DNA from: a virus
Lineage: Duplodnaviria; Caudoviricetes
Length of the DNA: 41,520 nt
Strand: one strand, 5' to 3'
IMG/VR virus record: IMGVR_UViG_3300036821_000042
Coordinates: 1-41,520 of that record
This document shows, piece after piece, positions 1 to 7,314 of this stretch. The translations under genes were made by a program, and so were the position numbers. Each line of letters starts with the position of its first letter. Within the stretch, counting starts at the first letter, position 1. Below the pieces are notes generated by a model. That model was not told the DNA's origin and did no database searches. It worked only from the letters and a program-made list of their open reading frames with translations.

Positions 1-106
1 GGCACAAGCCGCGCGGCGTGTCAAGCGCTTTTCTTGCCGTCAAGGTATTGACTTGTCGCGGAATGGGCGTAGTCTGAGCGTGCCCGATGGTGGGCGCGAG
101 AGGAGT
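1..106. repeat. Copy A of an exact 106-bp inverted repeat (partner 32336-32441)
   Basis: Bases 1-106 (ggcacaagccgcgcggcg...gcgagaggagt) match the reverse complement of 32336-32441 base for base; first mismatch at 107. It may extend beyond the window start. Confidence 0.95.
48..75 (+). promoter_or_regulatory. Sigma70-type promoter inside repeat copy A
   Basis: TTGACT (48-53), 16-nt spacer, TAGTCT (70-75); AGGAG at 101-105. Confidence 0.6.
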
Positions 107-302
107 TTACCGCCGCTGATCTAATCCGCCTTGGCAAGGCAATATCGGGAAGCGACGACGGAAACTCGCATAGTCCGCGCTTCCCCGCTCAAGTGCTCCG
201 CACCGCTGAGCGACAACGACTCGCCAAGGCTGCAGCTGAGAATGACTGCGACGGCGCGGCGAGTCGGGATTACAGCGCTGCGAAGCGCTGATCTCCTCAA
301 AA

Positions 303-355
303 GCACTAGCAGTCTAAGCCGCGCCAAGTTCGGAGCGGCTTAAGCGGCATAGTGC
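303..355 (+). promoter_or_regulatory. Long imperfect hairpin H1 upstream of the DUF932 RBS
   Basis: gcacta/tagtgc outer stem and taagccgc/gcggctta inner stem, followed by GGAGtcaGAACATG. Confidence 0.6.
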
Positions 356-377
356 CGAAACTGAATGGAGTCAGAAC

Positions 378-1391
378 ATGACCGCTAACGTGCAATCTAT
401 GGCTTTCATCGGGGACCGTAACGACATCTGGCATCGGTTCGGCGAACAGATGCAACCGGGCGAGACTATCGAGGAGTGGGCGCGGCGAGCTAACATGCAA
501 TGGCTTGCCGTGATGGTTCCCGCGCTCGCAGCGCTCCAAGGCGAGGCATTCGAGCATGTGCCCGCAGAGTCGCGGATTGTGGAAGTTCCCGGCCAGCGCT
601 TTCTCGCGCGCTCCGACAATGGCCACGTCTTGGGCTACGTTTCGGACGGCTATCAGATAGTGCAGCCGTTCCAAGTCCTCGAATGGTTCCGCGATTACAT
701 CGCCAACGACTCGCGTTTCGAGCTAGACGTTGCTGGCGTTCTTGGCGCTGGCGAGCGCGTGTGGGCTACCGCCAAGTTCAACGGCGATCTAACTGTCGCC
801 GGCGAACAGCATACCTCGCGCGTTCTGATGGTTACGTCGTTCGACGGTTCGCTAGCTACCAGGAACAAAATGGTAGTGACGCGAGTCGTTTGCCAGAACA
901 CGCTTGCCGTAGGACTTGGCGAGCGCACGCCCAATATCACGACTCGCCACAGTACAAAGTTCGACGCGGCCCGCGTTGGGCGCGAGCTATCGAAACTCGC
1001 GCAGTCAACCGAGCGCTTCAAGGCAATCGGCGATGCAATGGCGACAGTTCACTTGGATTCAAATGCCATGCTGTCGTTCTTCCGACAGTGCCTCGAAATC
1101 GCCGAGAGCGAAAAGCTTGAGGATATTTCGACCCGCAAACAGAATCAGCTAGCGGCGCTGGCGAGCGCGCATGACCGCAGTGTCGCGGAAGGCGCCGAAA
1201 GGTTCACGGCTTGGAGCGGACTGCAGGCTGTGACTCGTTACGCCGACCACGAACGATCGACTCGCGGCGGCGATGATGAAAACGCGGCGCGGTTCGACTC
1301 TGCTAACTTTGGCAGTGGCGACCAATTGAAGCAGCGTGCAATGGGAATCCTGATGCCGCTGATTAAAGACCGCGTTCCTGTCGCGGCGTGA
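378..1391 (+). CDS. DUF932-family phage/plasmid early protein
   Basis: 337 aa with motifs typical of DUF932 (W-H-x-x-G near the N-terminus, 'GYVSDGYQIVQ', 'AGVLGAGERVW', 'TSFDGS', 'RVVCQNT', 'RHST', 'TAWSGLQAVT-Y-DH'); GGAG RBS. Confidence 0.85.
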   Translation: MTANVQSMAFIGDRNDIWHRFGEQMQPGETIEEWARRANMQWLAVMVPALAALQGEAFEHVPAESRIVEVPGQRFLARSDNGHVLGYVSDGYQIVQPFQVLEWFRDYIANDSRFELDVAGVLGAGERVWATAKFNGDLTVAGEQHTSRVLMVTSFDGSLATRNKMVVTRVVCQNTLAVGLGERTPNITTRHSTKFDAARVGRELSKLAQSTERFKAIGDAMATVHLDSNAMLSFFRQCLEIAESEKLEDISTRKQNQLAALASAHDRSVAEGAERFTAWSGLQAVTRYADHERSTRGGDDENAARFDSANFGSGDQLKQRAMGILMPLIKDRVPVAA

Positions 1392-1438
1392 TGGCAGCTA
1401 GAACGGCGGGCGCGTTGCCCGCCGTTCTGTCGGCGATC
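1390..1438 (+). promoter_or_regulatory. Long imperfect hairpin H2
   Basis: 12-bp perfect stem agaacggcgggc/gcccgccgttct (1400-1411/1417-1428); followed by AAGGAGtcGAACATG. Confidence 0.65.
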
Positions 1439-1470
1439 CTGCCGAATCCCAGCAACATAAGGAGTCGAAC

Positions 1471-1749
1471 ATGCCCGCAAATCTAGCGGACTTGATTGCG
1501 TTACAGCGCGGCAAGACATGGCACGGAGTCAAGCCTCCAGTGCTACCGCCAGCGCCGCCTACGCCAGCGCCTACGCCAGCGCCTACGCCGCCGGTTCCGC
1601 ATAGTTTCCAGAGCGCGGAGGCTGTGCAGCTGGAAGCAACGCTGGAAGCGGCGCTCGCCAAGATAGACGAATTGACCGCGCGGTGCGCTGCGCTGATCGA
1701 GCGTAACGGGCGCTGGACGCGGTATGTAACGGGAGGCGACGATGCCTGA
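1471..1749 (+). CDS. Hypothetical early protein (PAPT-repeat linker plus coiled coil)
   Basis: AAGGAG RBS; the PAPT repeats are encoded by tandem cctacgccagcg units. Confidence 0.75.
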   Translation: MPANLADLIALQRGKTWHGVKPPVLPPAPPTPAPTPAPTPPVPHSFQSAEAVQLEATLEAALAKIDELTARCAALIERNGRWTRYVTGGDDA

Positions 1750-1966
1750 TCGCACCATGACGCAACGCCAACAGGATCAGCTGGAATCGCTTGTCGATTC
1801 CTGCGGGCTTGACTTGGTTCTAATCGGACTTGGCTGTATCTGCGCGGCTAAGTCCGACCACGTTCTGGTCAACTGGCAAGACAGAACGCTGGCGGCGCAG
1901 TGGATGCGCGCGATGACGGTTTGCGACAAGGCGGGCTCTGACCCGCGCGTGATGTATCTGCCCTAG
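1742..1966 (+). CDS. Hypothetical early protein
   Basis: GGAGG RBS; overlaps the upstream stop; 74 aa. Confidence 0.75.
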   Translation: MPDRTMTQRQQDQLESLVDSCGLDLVLIGLGCICAAKSDHVLVNWQDRTLAAQWMRAMTVCDKAGSDPRVMYLP

Positions 1967-2086
1967 CTAGGGCAAGCTGGACGCGGCGCGGCGCGGCACG
2001 ATCCGCGCCCGCCGCCGCCTCGATCCCGCCCGACCTCGCCGCCGCGCGAGGCCGAGCCGAGCCGAGGACTCCCCAGGAATGGGGCG

Positions 2087-2129
2087 AAAAAAAATCAAGA
2101 AAAAAAATTGACAAAAAAAATGCAAAAAA
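2087..2129. other. Clustered A-tracts (A8, A8, A8, A6) containing TTGACA
   Basis: A-runs start at 2087, 2100, 2113 and 2124 in otherwise GC-rich DNA; TTGACA at 2108-2113. Confidence 0.6.
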
Positions 2130-2166
2130 TTTCGAATCTACAACCCCAAGCAGAAAGGACTGTAAC

Positions 2167-2565
2167 ATGTCACTAGAAGAAGCACTCAAAGTCGTGAAGC
2201 TGGCGGGCTTCCGCGTGTCGAAACCCCGCGCGTCACGCAAAAAAGATCGCGTTGGTCCCACGTTCGTCGCGCGCTTCGCGGACGGACAGGTCACGCGAAT
2301 GTCGTGCTACTGCGACAGCGACGAAAAGCTGGATTGGCAGAGAGGCGAGCGGCTTTCAATCGCGGCGCATGTGTCGCGCCGCCGATACCTGATCCCCGCG
2401 CCGTTGCGCGATGCCGTGTTTCGAATGAAGCACGACTCGCTGATGGACCCTGACCGCCTCGCCGCCTACTGCGCGCACCGCTTCGAAACAACGCCAGCCA
2501 TTTTGGAGTGTTGGTTCGAGCGCGATGGCGTGCAGCTGGGCGCACCTCTAGCAAAGGCTGCTTAA
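2167..2565 (+). CDS. Hypothetical early protein
   Basis: AAGGA RBS; 132 aa ending in 'LAKAA'. Confidence 0.75.
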   Translation: MSLEEALKVVKLAGFRVSKPRASRKKDRVGPTFVARFADGQVTRMSCYCDSDEKLDWQRGERLSIAAHVSRRRYLIPAPLRDAVFRMKHDSLMDPDRLAAYCAHRFETTPAILECWFERDGVQLGAPLAKAA

Positions 2566-2566
2566 C

Positions 2567-2776
2567 ATGAAAATGTCTCCCGCAACCTACGCCAAGCTGC
2601 GAGCCGCAATCGAGCCGCGCTTGGCTCCTATTCGCTTCGCGCCCGCAGTCCTGCGGCAGCGCTGGGATATTCTCTGGGCCGCTGTGGACGCTGGCGAGTT
2701 CGACATGAAGGAAGCTTACCGCGAAGGCTTGAATGACGACCACATCGACACAGCGCTGCGACGAATCATCGACTGA
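2567..2776 (+). CDS. Hypothetical early protein
   Basis: Starts just after the upstream stop; C-terminal 'GLNDDHIDTALRRI'. Confidence 0.75.
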   Translation: MKMSPATYAKLRAAIEPRLAPIRFAPAVLRQRWDILWAAVDAGEFDMKEAYREGLNDDHIDTALRRIID

Positions 2777-2820
2777 TTGCAGCTAGTGCCGCTCTAAGTC
2801 GGGCGGCACTGTCGGCAATC
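2775..2820 (+). promoter_or_regulatory. Long imperfect hairpin H3
   Basis: gattgc/gcaatc outer stem and agtgccgctc/gggcggcact inner stem; flanks similar to H2; followed by AAGGAGttaaGAACATG. Confidence 0.65.
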
Positions 2821-2842
2821 CCGCCGTGAAGGAGTTAAGAAC

Positions 2843-3316
2843 ATGACCGACCATCCGCGCGTCCGCGCATCCGAGCGGTGTCCGCTATGTGGTGGACCCA
2901 AGACAGTTGGGCTGATCGCCTGCTGGAACTGCTACAATCAAGAGAACCTGCGCGATGGCAACGCCCTCGCCGAGGCGATATTTGACAATGCCGAGCGGCG
3001 ATTGTCTGGCCCGCCTCCGAAACGCTGTGGGCCAGAGCAGCCGAAACTGTCCAGCTGGACCGAATACCCGAATCGTGAGTTCAAGGTGGACGAGCTGAGA
3101 GCTGGCGATATTGTCCAGCTGTTCGAGGGACCGTGGGGAACCGGAATCGTCAAGACCAAGGACGATGACTCCGTGACGTTCTTTCGCCCCTACGGAACCG
3201 CAAGCGAGTTCACCTTTACGGGCGGCGTGATCTGCTTCACCGGGACCGAGGTGTTCTCGCGGCCCTTGCCGAGCACTCAGACAATCTACGTTTACCAGCG
3301 GACGAATCCAGCGTGA
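2843..3316 (+). CDS. Hypothetical protein with an N-terminal zinc finger
   Basis: CPLC...CWNC; beta-rich C-terminal domain; AAGGAG RBS. Confidence 0.75.
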   Translation: MTDHPRVRASERCPLCGGPKTVGLIACWNCYNQENLRDGNALAEAIFDNAERRLSGPPPKRCGPEQPKLSSWTEYPNREFKVDELRAGDIVQLFEGPWGTGIVKTKDDDSVTFFRPYGTASEFTFTGGVICFTGTEVFSRPLPSTQTIYVYQRTNPA

Positions 3317-3360
3317 CGTTCCAGTCGAGCGGCGCTTGGCTTGCGCCGCTTCCTAGAATG
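3317..3360 (+). promoter_or_regulatory. Long imperfect hairpin H4
   Basis: gagcggcgc/gcgccgctt stem with outer cgttc/gaatg; followed by AAGGAGctGAACATG. Confidence 0.55.
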
Positions 3361-3385
3361 CCACCCCAACCAAAAGGAGCTGAAC

Positions 3386-3631
3386 ATGCGCGTTATCGAA
3401 GCACACGACCTGGAACTGTTCACAATCAACACAGGCGAGCTGTACCAATATCACAAGTGGCTCTCGCAATTCCCTGTCGGCGAGTGGCGACTCCATCTGA
3501 TCGACCGGGTGCTTCCGCTTTACTCGCGGCAGGTGGAACCAGTCACCTATGACTGGGAGACCATCGCGAACGTGGCGCAATCCTTGAAGGACTACTACCA
3601 GCGGCACGTTGCGGAAAGCGAGGGCGCATGA
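3386..3631 (+). CDS. Hypothetical early protein
   Basis: ATG at 3386 with AAGGAG RBS (preferred to the track start at 3341); 'LELFTINTGELY' motif. Confidence 0.75.
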   Translation: MRVIEAHDLELFTINTGELYQYHKWLSQFPVGEWRLHLIDRVLPLYSRQVEPVTYDWETIANVAQSLKDYYQRHVAESEGA

Positions 3632-3813
3632 AACAGCTAAAAGCGCCTCGCCCGCCTCTCAGCGAGGACGAGATATTCGAGCGCAGCCTGCTTATGGTGG
3701 ACGCGCTGGAGTCGCTGCTGGAGCGAGGTGAGATTACCCCGCGCCAATACGTCGATGCCGTGATCGAGCTGGCAAAGTGGGGGCAATCCAAGCGGGCTCT
3801 GTTAGAATCTTAG
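3628..3813 (+). CDS. Hypothetical protein
   Basis: ATGA overlap with the upstream gene; 61 aa, helical. Confidence 0.7.
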   Translation: MKQLKAPRPPLSEDEIFERSLLMVDALESLLERGEITPRQYVDAVIELAKWGQSKRALLES

Positions 3814-4073
3814 CCGGTGGATGAACGCGAGGACCGGACAGGGTGACTGGTCTCCTGGCGGGCGGCGGTGGACGCGCCTCCCCCGCTCCTCGTGTTCACG
3901 AAAAATAAAAGCGAAAAAAAAATTAAACTAACCACTGACGGCAATTCGCCGAGGTGAGCATGGGCATCGCGGAGCGTTGACAAAGGGACGATGAAGCCGT
4001 GTCCGTCAGTGGCGGTTGGACATGTTCACGCAATCGTCCCGACCCATGCAACTCATTCCAGGGAGACTGAGCT

Positions 4074-4247
4074 ATGCCGTATCGCTTCATTATGATCTGC
4101 CCCGGCTGCAATCGAACAGCTGAGCGGATCGAGCTGCGATCCTCCCCACCCCCAACTACAGCCTGCGGGGACTGCCTGATGGATCGCACCGAGGTTGTCC
4201 ACCTCAAGGTGGTCTCTTTCGAGGAGATCGGCGCAGAAAAAAAGTAA
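4074..4247 (+). CDS. Small zinc-ribbon protein (not in ORF track)
   Basis: Hand-translated 57 aa: MPYRFIMICPGCNRTAERIELRSSPPPTTACGDCLMDRTEVVHLKVVSFEEIGAEKK; two CxxC motifs; GGGAG RBS. Confidence 0.7.
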   Translation: MPYRFIMICPGCNRTAERIELRSSPPPTTACGDCLMDRTEVVHLKVVSFEEIGAEKK

Positions 4248-4274
4248 AAAATTTTTCCCAAACGGAGAGCCCAA

Positions 4275-4478
4275 ATGAAACAGGTGGTTTTGATAGGTCG
4301 CTACCGGGTCTACAAACACAAGCGGCGCTGGATCGTCACCGCGCCACACGCTCACGGTGAGGGCTGCATCAGCTCGCACGGCTCACAGGCAACCGCCCTG
4401 TCAGCTGCGCGCCGCTACTACGATTCCGATCTCGACAAGGATCGGCGCTGGGAGCAGCTGGTCAGACGGTTCGTGTAG
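4275..4478 (+). CDS. Hypothetical protein
   Basis: GGAG RBS; 67 aa. Confidence 0.7.
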   Translation: MKQVVLIGRYRVYKHKRRWIVTAPHAHGEGCISSHGSQATALSAARRYYDSDLDKDRRWEQLVRRFV

Positions 4479-4512
4479 AAAAATGCGCCGCCTTCTGCGG
4501 GAGGGCGGCGCA
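4479..4512. terminator. Putative terminator hairpin at the end of the early region
   Basis: 12-bp stem tgcgccgccttc/gagggcggcgca (4484-4512) preceded by A5 (a U-tract on the - strand). Orientation is ambiguous. Confidence 0.5.
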
Positions 4513-4587
4513 AGATACCCAAAGACGGAGTAGAGACGCCAGCCAGGGGGCCTAGCCAGCGGGGGTGACTATACACAGGAGGCCGGA

Positions 4588-4929
4588 ATGAGCAAATTTT
4601 CTGACACGGACCCGATCAAGGAGGTCAGGCTGCAAATTCAAGCGGTGATGGATATGCTGAACGAGATCGACGCCTATCTGTACCAAATCATTTCAGCTCG
4701 CGAGCTGCGCGATGATGCGCTTGGCCCAGAACAGTCAGACATCGCTGCTCGCCTCAATGCCGCAACCAGACCCCGCGTGAGCAGTGATTCTCGCCAGCCC
4801 TACCTCGCCGGACGACAGCCTCGCCGGGACGGAGATAGCTATGGTAGCGTGCAGCCTGTAGCAGCAGGAGGCTCGCTTGACCACGATCCGGCAGGGGCTT
4901 TACGACCTTCTGGGCAGCGTCGAGGTTGA
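4588..4929 (+). CDS. Hypothetical protein upstream of TerL (small terminase by position only)
   Basis: AGGAGG RBS; helical N-terminus; overlaps the TerL start. Confidence 0.55.
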   Translation: MSKFSDTDPIKEVRLQIQAVMDMLNEIDAYLYQIISARELRDDALGPEQSDIAARLNAATRPRVSSDSRQPYLAGRQPRRDGDSYGSVQPVAAGGSLDHDPAGALRPSGQRRG

Positions 4930-6670
4930 TACCAAGGAACGCGGACGCTGCCACGTCGAACCGTGGCCGTCGCAAAAGCTGGTCATAGATGCCGTCGCCA
5001 GGGGTTTGAACGAGGACGTTCACGAGTTCGTCGTCCTCAAATGCCGGCAGGTTGCGATCACGACTGTTTGCTCCGTGATCGAGCTGTTCTGGGCGCTCGC
5101 GAATCCTGGCGTTCAAGGCGCGATCATTGCCGACCGCACCGACAACCTGGAGCGGCTACGTCGAATCTTCGCGGCGCTGCTTGAAACGCTACCGGACGAG
5201 TGGCGGGGATCGGAACACAAGCTAGTTCAGAACAATCGGACGGGGATGGCGTTTGCAAACCGTTCGATCATCGACCTCCTAGCCGCTGCGAACAATCCCG
5301 ACCTGGGCGCGTCTCGTGCGCTCAACATGATGCACGCTACCGAGTGCTCGCTGTGGCGGTCACTCGCGGGCGTGGAATCGCTCAAGGCATCGCTCGCGCG
5401 GCAGAACCCACACCGCCTCTACATCTGGGAGTCGGTCGCAAACGGATTTAATTGGTTCTACAACCATTGCCAGCAAGCCAAGAAGGACCGCCACATGCGG
5501 TTCATTTTTGTCGGCTTCTGGTCAAACCCCACCTACGCAATCCCGAAATCTGATCCCGACTACAAGGTCTACTGGGACGGCAGCTTGACCGAGGACGAGA
5601 TCGCGCGGGCGCGCTTCTGCAAGCGTGAATACAACGTCACAGTCAAACCGGAGCAGATCGCATGGTGGCGGCGCGAGGCCGAGTTCCGCGCCGAGGAATA
5701 CATGCTGCGACACTACCCCTGGCACGAGCGGGAGTGTTTCATTGCTTCTGGTTCCGGCTTCTTTCCCGCCAAGCGCACTCTTGAGATCAGTGAGTCGCTC
5801 GCAACTGGTCCGCCCTATCAGGGCTACAAGTATATTTTCGATGAGGAGTTCCTGGCGAGCCGCATCGAGCAGACAACCGACCGCGACGAGGCGATGCTGA
5901 AAGTGTGGGAGCCGCCAGAACCGGGCGGCGTCTACGTCATCGGCATCGACCCATCTGGCGGCGGCGGCGGCGAATCAGACGACCACGCCATCGAGGTCCT
6001 GCGTTGCTATGCGGACCGAGTCGTGCAGGTTGCCGAGTTCCGGTCAAACCGACCGCTCACATACCAGCTCGCCTGGGTCCTGGCGCACCTTGCAGGAGCA
6101 TACCGCGATCACCTTGCGAACCTTGAGGTGACGGGAGTAGGCGCGGCGGTGATCCCCGAGGTGCGCAATCTTCGCCAGCTCGCCGAGCGCGGGATGCTGC
6201 AAGGCGCACAGCAAACATCCGGCATCCTCGACATGATCGGTGCGGTGCGATGGTTTTTGTATAAGCGGCCCGACACGATGGGCGGCGCTGGCAACGTCAT
6301 CGCGTGGAAACAGAATCAGGACAACAAGCGCCAAATCTACAGCGAGCTGCGTGACAGCATGATGCTGCGCCGCTTGGAGATCAGGTCAATTCGGCTTATG
6401 AACCAAATTCAGGCAATCGTAGAGGACGAGGGCTGGCTGGGAGCGGGGCCGGATACCGGCGAAAGCGACGATCTGGTCTCAGCTCTAGTTCTCGGACATC
6501 ATGCCTGGGTTGAGTGGAGGCGAGCTGGACTCGTGGCGCGCGGACTGAGCTGGGATTCGGTCAAGGGCGAGCGGCCTCCGCAGAACCCTGGCACGGTGTT
6601 GTCGTTTGCGTTCAGTCAGCACATGCAGATGATCAATCGCAAGGCGCGGATGCGGCGGGAGACATTCTGA
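4877..6670 (+). CDS. terL: Terminase large subunit
   Basis: Walker A-like 'VVLKCRQVAITT', Walker B-like 'MMHATE', coupling motif 'WESVANG', nuclease motifs 'YVIGIDP' and 'DDLV'; AGGAGG RBS before TTG. Confidence 0.9.
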   Translation: MTTIRQGLYDLLGSVEVDTKERGRCHVEPWPSQKLVIDAVARGLNEDVHEFVVLKCRQVAITTVCSVIELFWALANPGVQGAIIADRTDNLERLRRIFAALLETLPDEWRGSEHKLVQNNRTGMAFANRSIIDLLAAANNPDLGASRALNMMHATECSLWRSLAGVESLKASLARQNPHRLYIWESVANGFNWFYNHCQQAKKDRHMRFIFVGFWSNPTYAIPKSDPDYKVYWDGSLTEDEIARARFCKREYNVTVKPEQIAWWRREAEFRAEEYMLRHYPWHERECFIASGSGFFPAKRTLEISESLATGPPYQGYKYIFDEEFLASRIEQTTDRDEAMLKVWEPPEPGGVYVIGIDPSGGGGGESDDHAIEVLRCYADRVVQVAEFRSNRPLTYQLAWVLAHLAGAYRDHLANLEVTGVGAAVIPEVRNLRQLAERGMLQGAQQTSGILDMIGAVRWFLYKRPDTMGGAGNVIAWKQNQDNKRQIYSELRDSMMLRRLEIRSIRLMNQIQAIVEDEGWLGAGPDTGESDDLVSALVLGHHAWVEWRRAGLVARGLSWDSVKGERPPQNPGTVLSFAFSQHMQMINRKARMRRETF

Positions 6671-6855
6671 TGTTTCGGCTGTGGAGGGTGTACTTGCGGC
6701 GCATCGACAAGCGGATCATGTGGCAGGCGTGCAAGGACACCGCACCGGACCTCGATACTGCGCGCAAGATGTTCTTTGTCCACACCCGCATGGATTATGC
6801 GTGGTCTGACATAGACGACGAGCGCGCAAGGGCCATTATCTCGGGGTGGACGTGA
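6670..6855 (+). CDS. Hypothetical protein
   Basis: TGATG-coupled to terL and to the next gene; starts MFRLWRVYLRR. Confidence 0.65.
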   Translation: MFRLWRVYLRRIDKRIMWQACKDTAPDLDTARKMFFVHTRMDYAWSDIDDERARAIISGWT

Positions 6856-7313
6856 TGCCGATTGTCAGGACCTACGCCTGCGCCGAGTGCAATCACATGA
6901 TGGACGTGGTGCTGTCGGCGGACGACTGGGACGCGCCGCCGCCTGAGTGCCCAATGTGCCAACAGCGCGAAATGCGCCAGGAGTTCAAGCCGGTCGCCAT
7001 CGGGGGATCAGTCCGTTCGCGAGCTGTGGCGCTTGCCGAGGATATTGCAGCCAAGGACTACAACATCGCCGACATGAAACCCGAGGGCAAGGAAGGCCAC
7101 GGCAGTAAGGTCCGCTACAAGGATCAGACAGCTGGGGTTATCCCAAGCACCTGGAGCGGTGCGCAAGCGATGGTGGAGCAGGCTATCACCATTGGCCGCG
7201 ATACCCGGCTCAAACACGGCAACGGTCTCGACGTTCTACAAAACGCCCTCAAAACCGGCGCGCAGCCCGATCTGATTGCAGCCTCAAAACGAAAGGCGAT
7301 TAAGGTCTGGTGA
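6855..7313 (+). CDS. FmdB-type zinc-ribbon protein
   Basis: MPIVRTYACAECNH...CPMC pattern; position between terminase and portal is common for this family. Confidence 0.75.
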   Translation: MPIVRTYACAECNHMMDVVLSADDWDAPPPECPMCQQREMRQEFKPVAIGGSVRSRAVALAEDIAAKDYNIADMKPEGKEGHGSKVRYKDQTAGVIPSTWSGAQAMVEQAITIGRDTRLKHGNGLDVLQNALKTGAQPDLIAASKRKAIKVW

Positions 7314-7314
7314 C

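Noticed and set aside
131-343. 70-aa ORF after promoter copy A
   Set aside because: TTG start about 25 nt from the AGGAG, no recognisable protein features, and the region is better explained as structured RNA.
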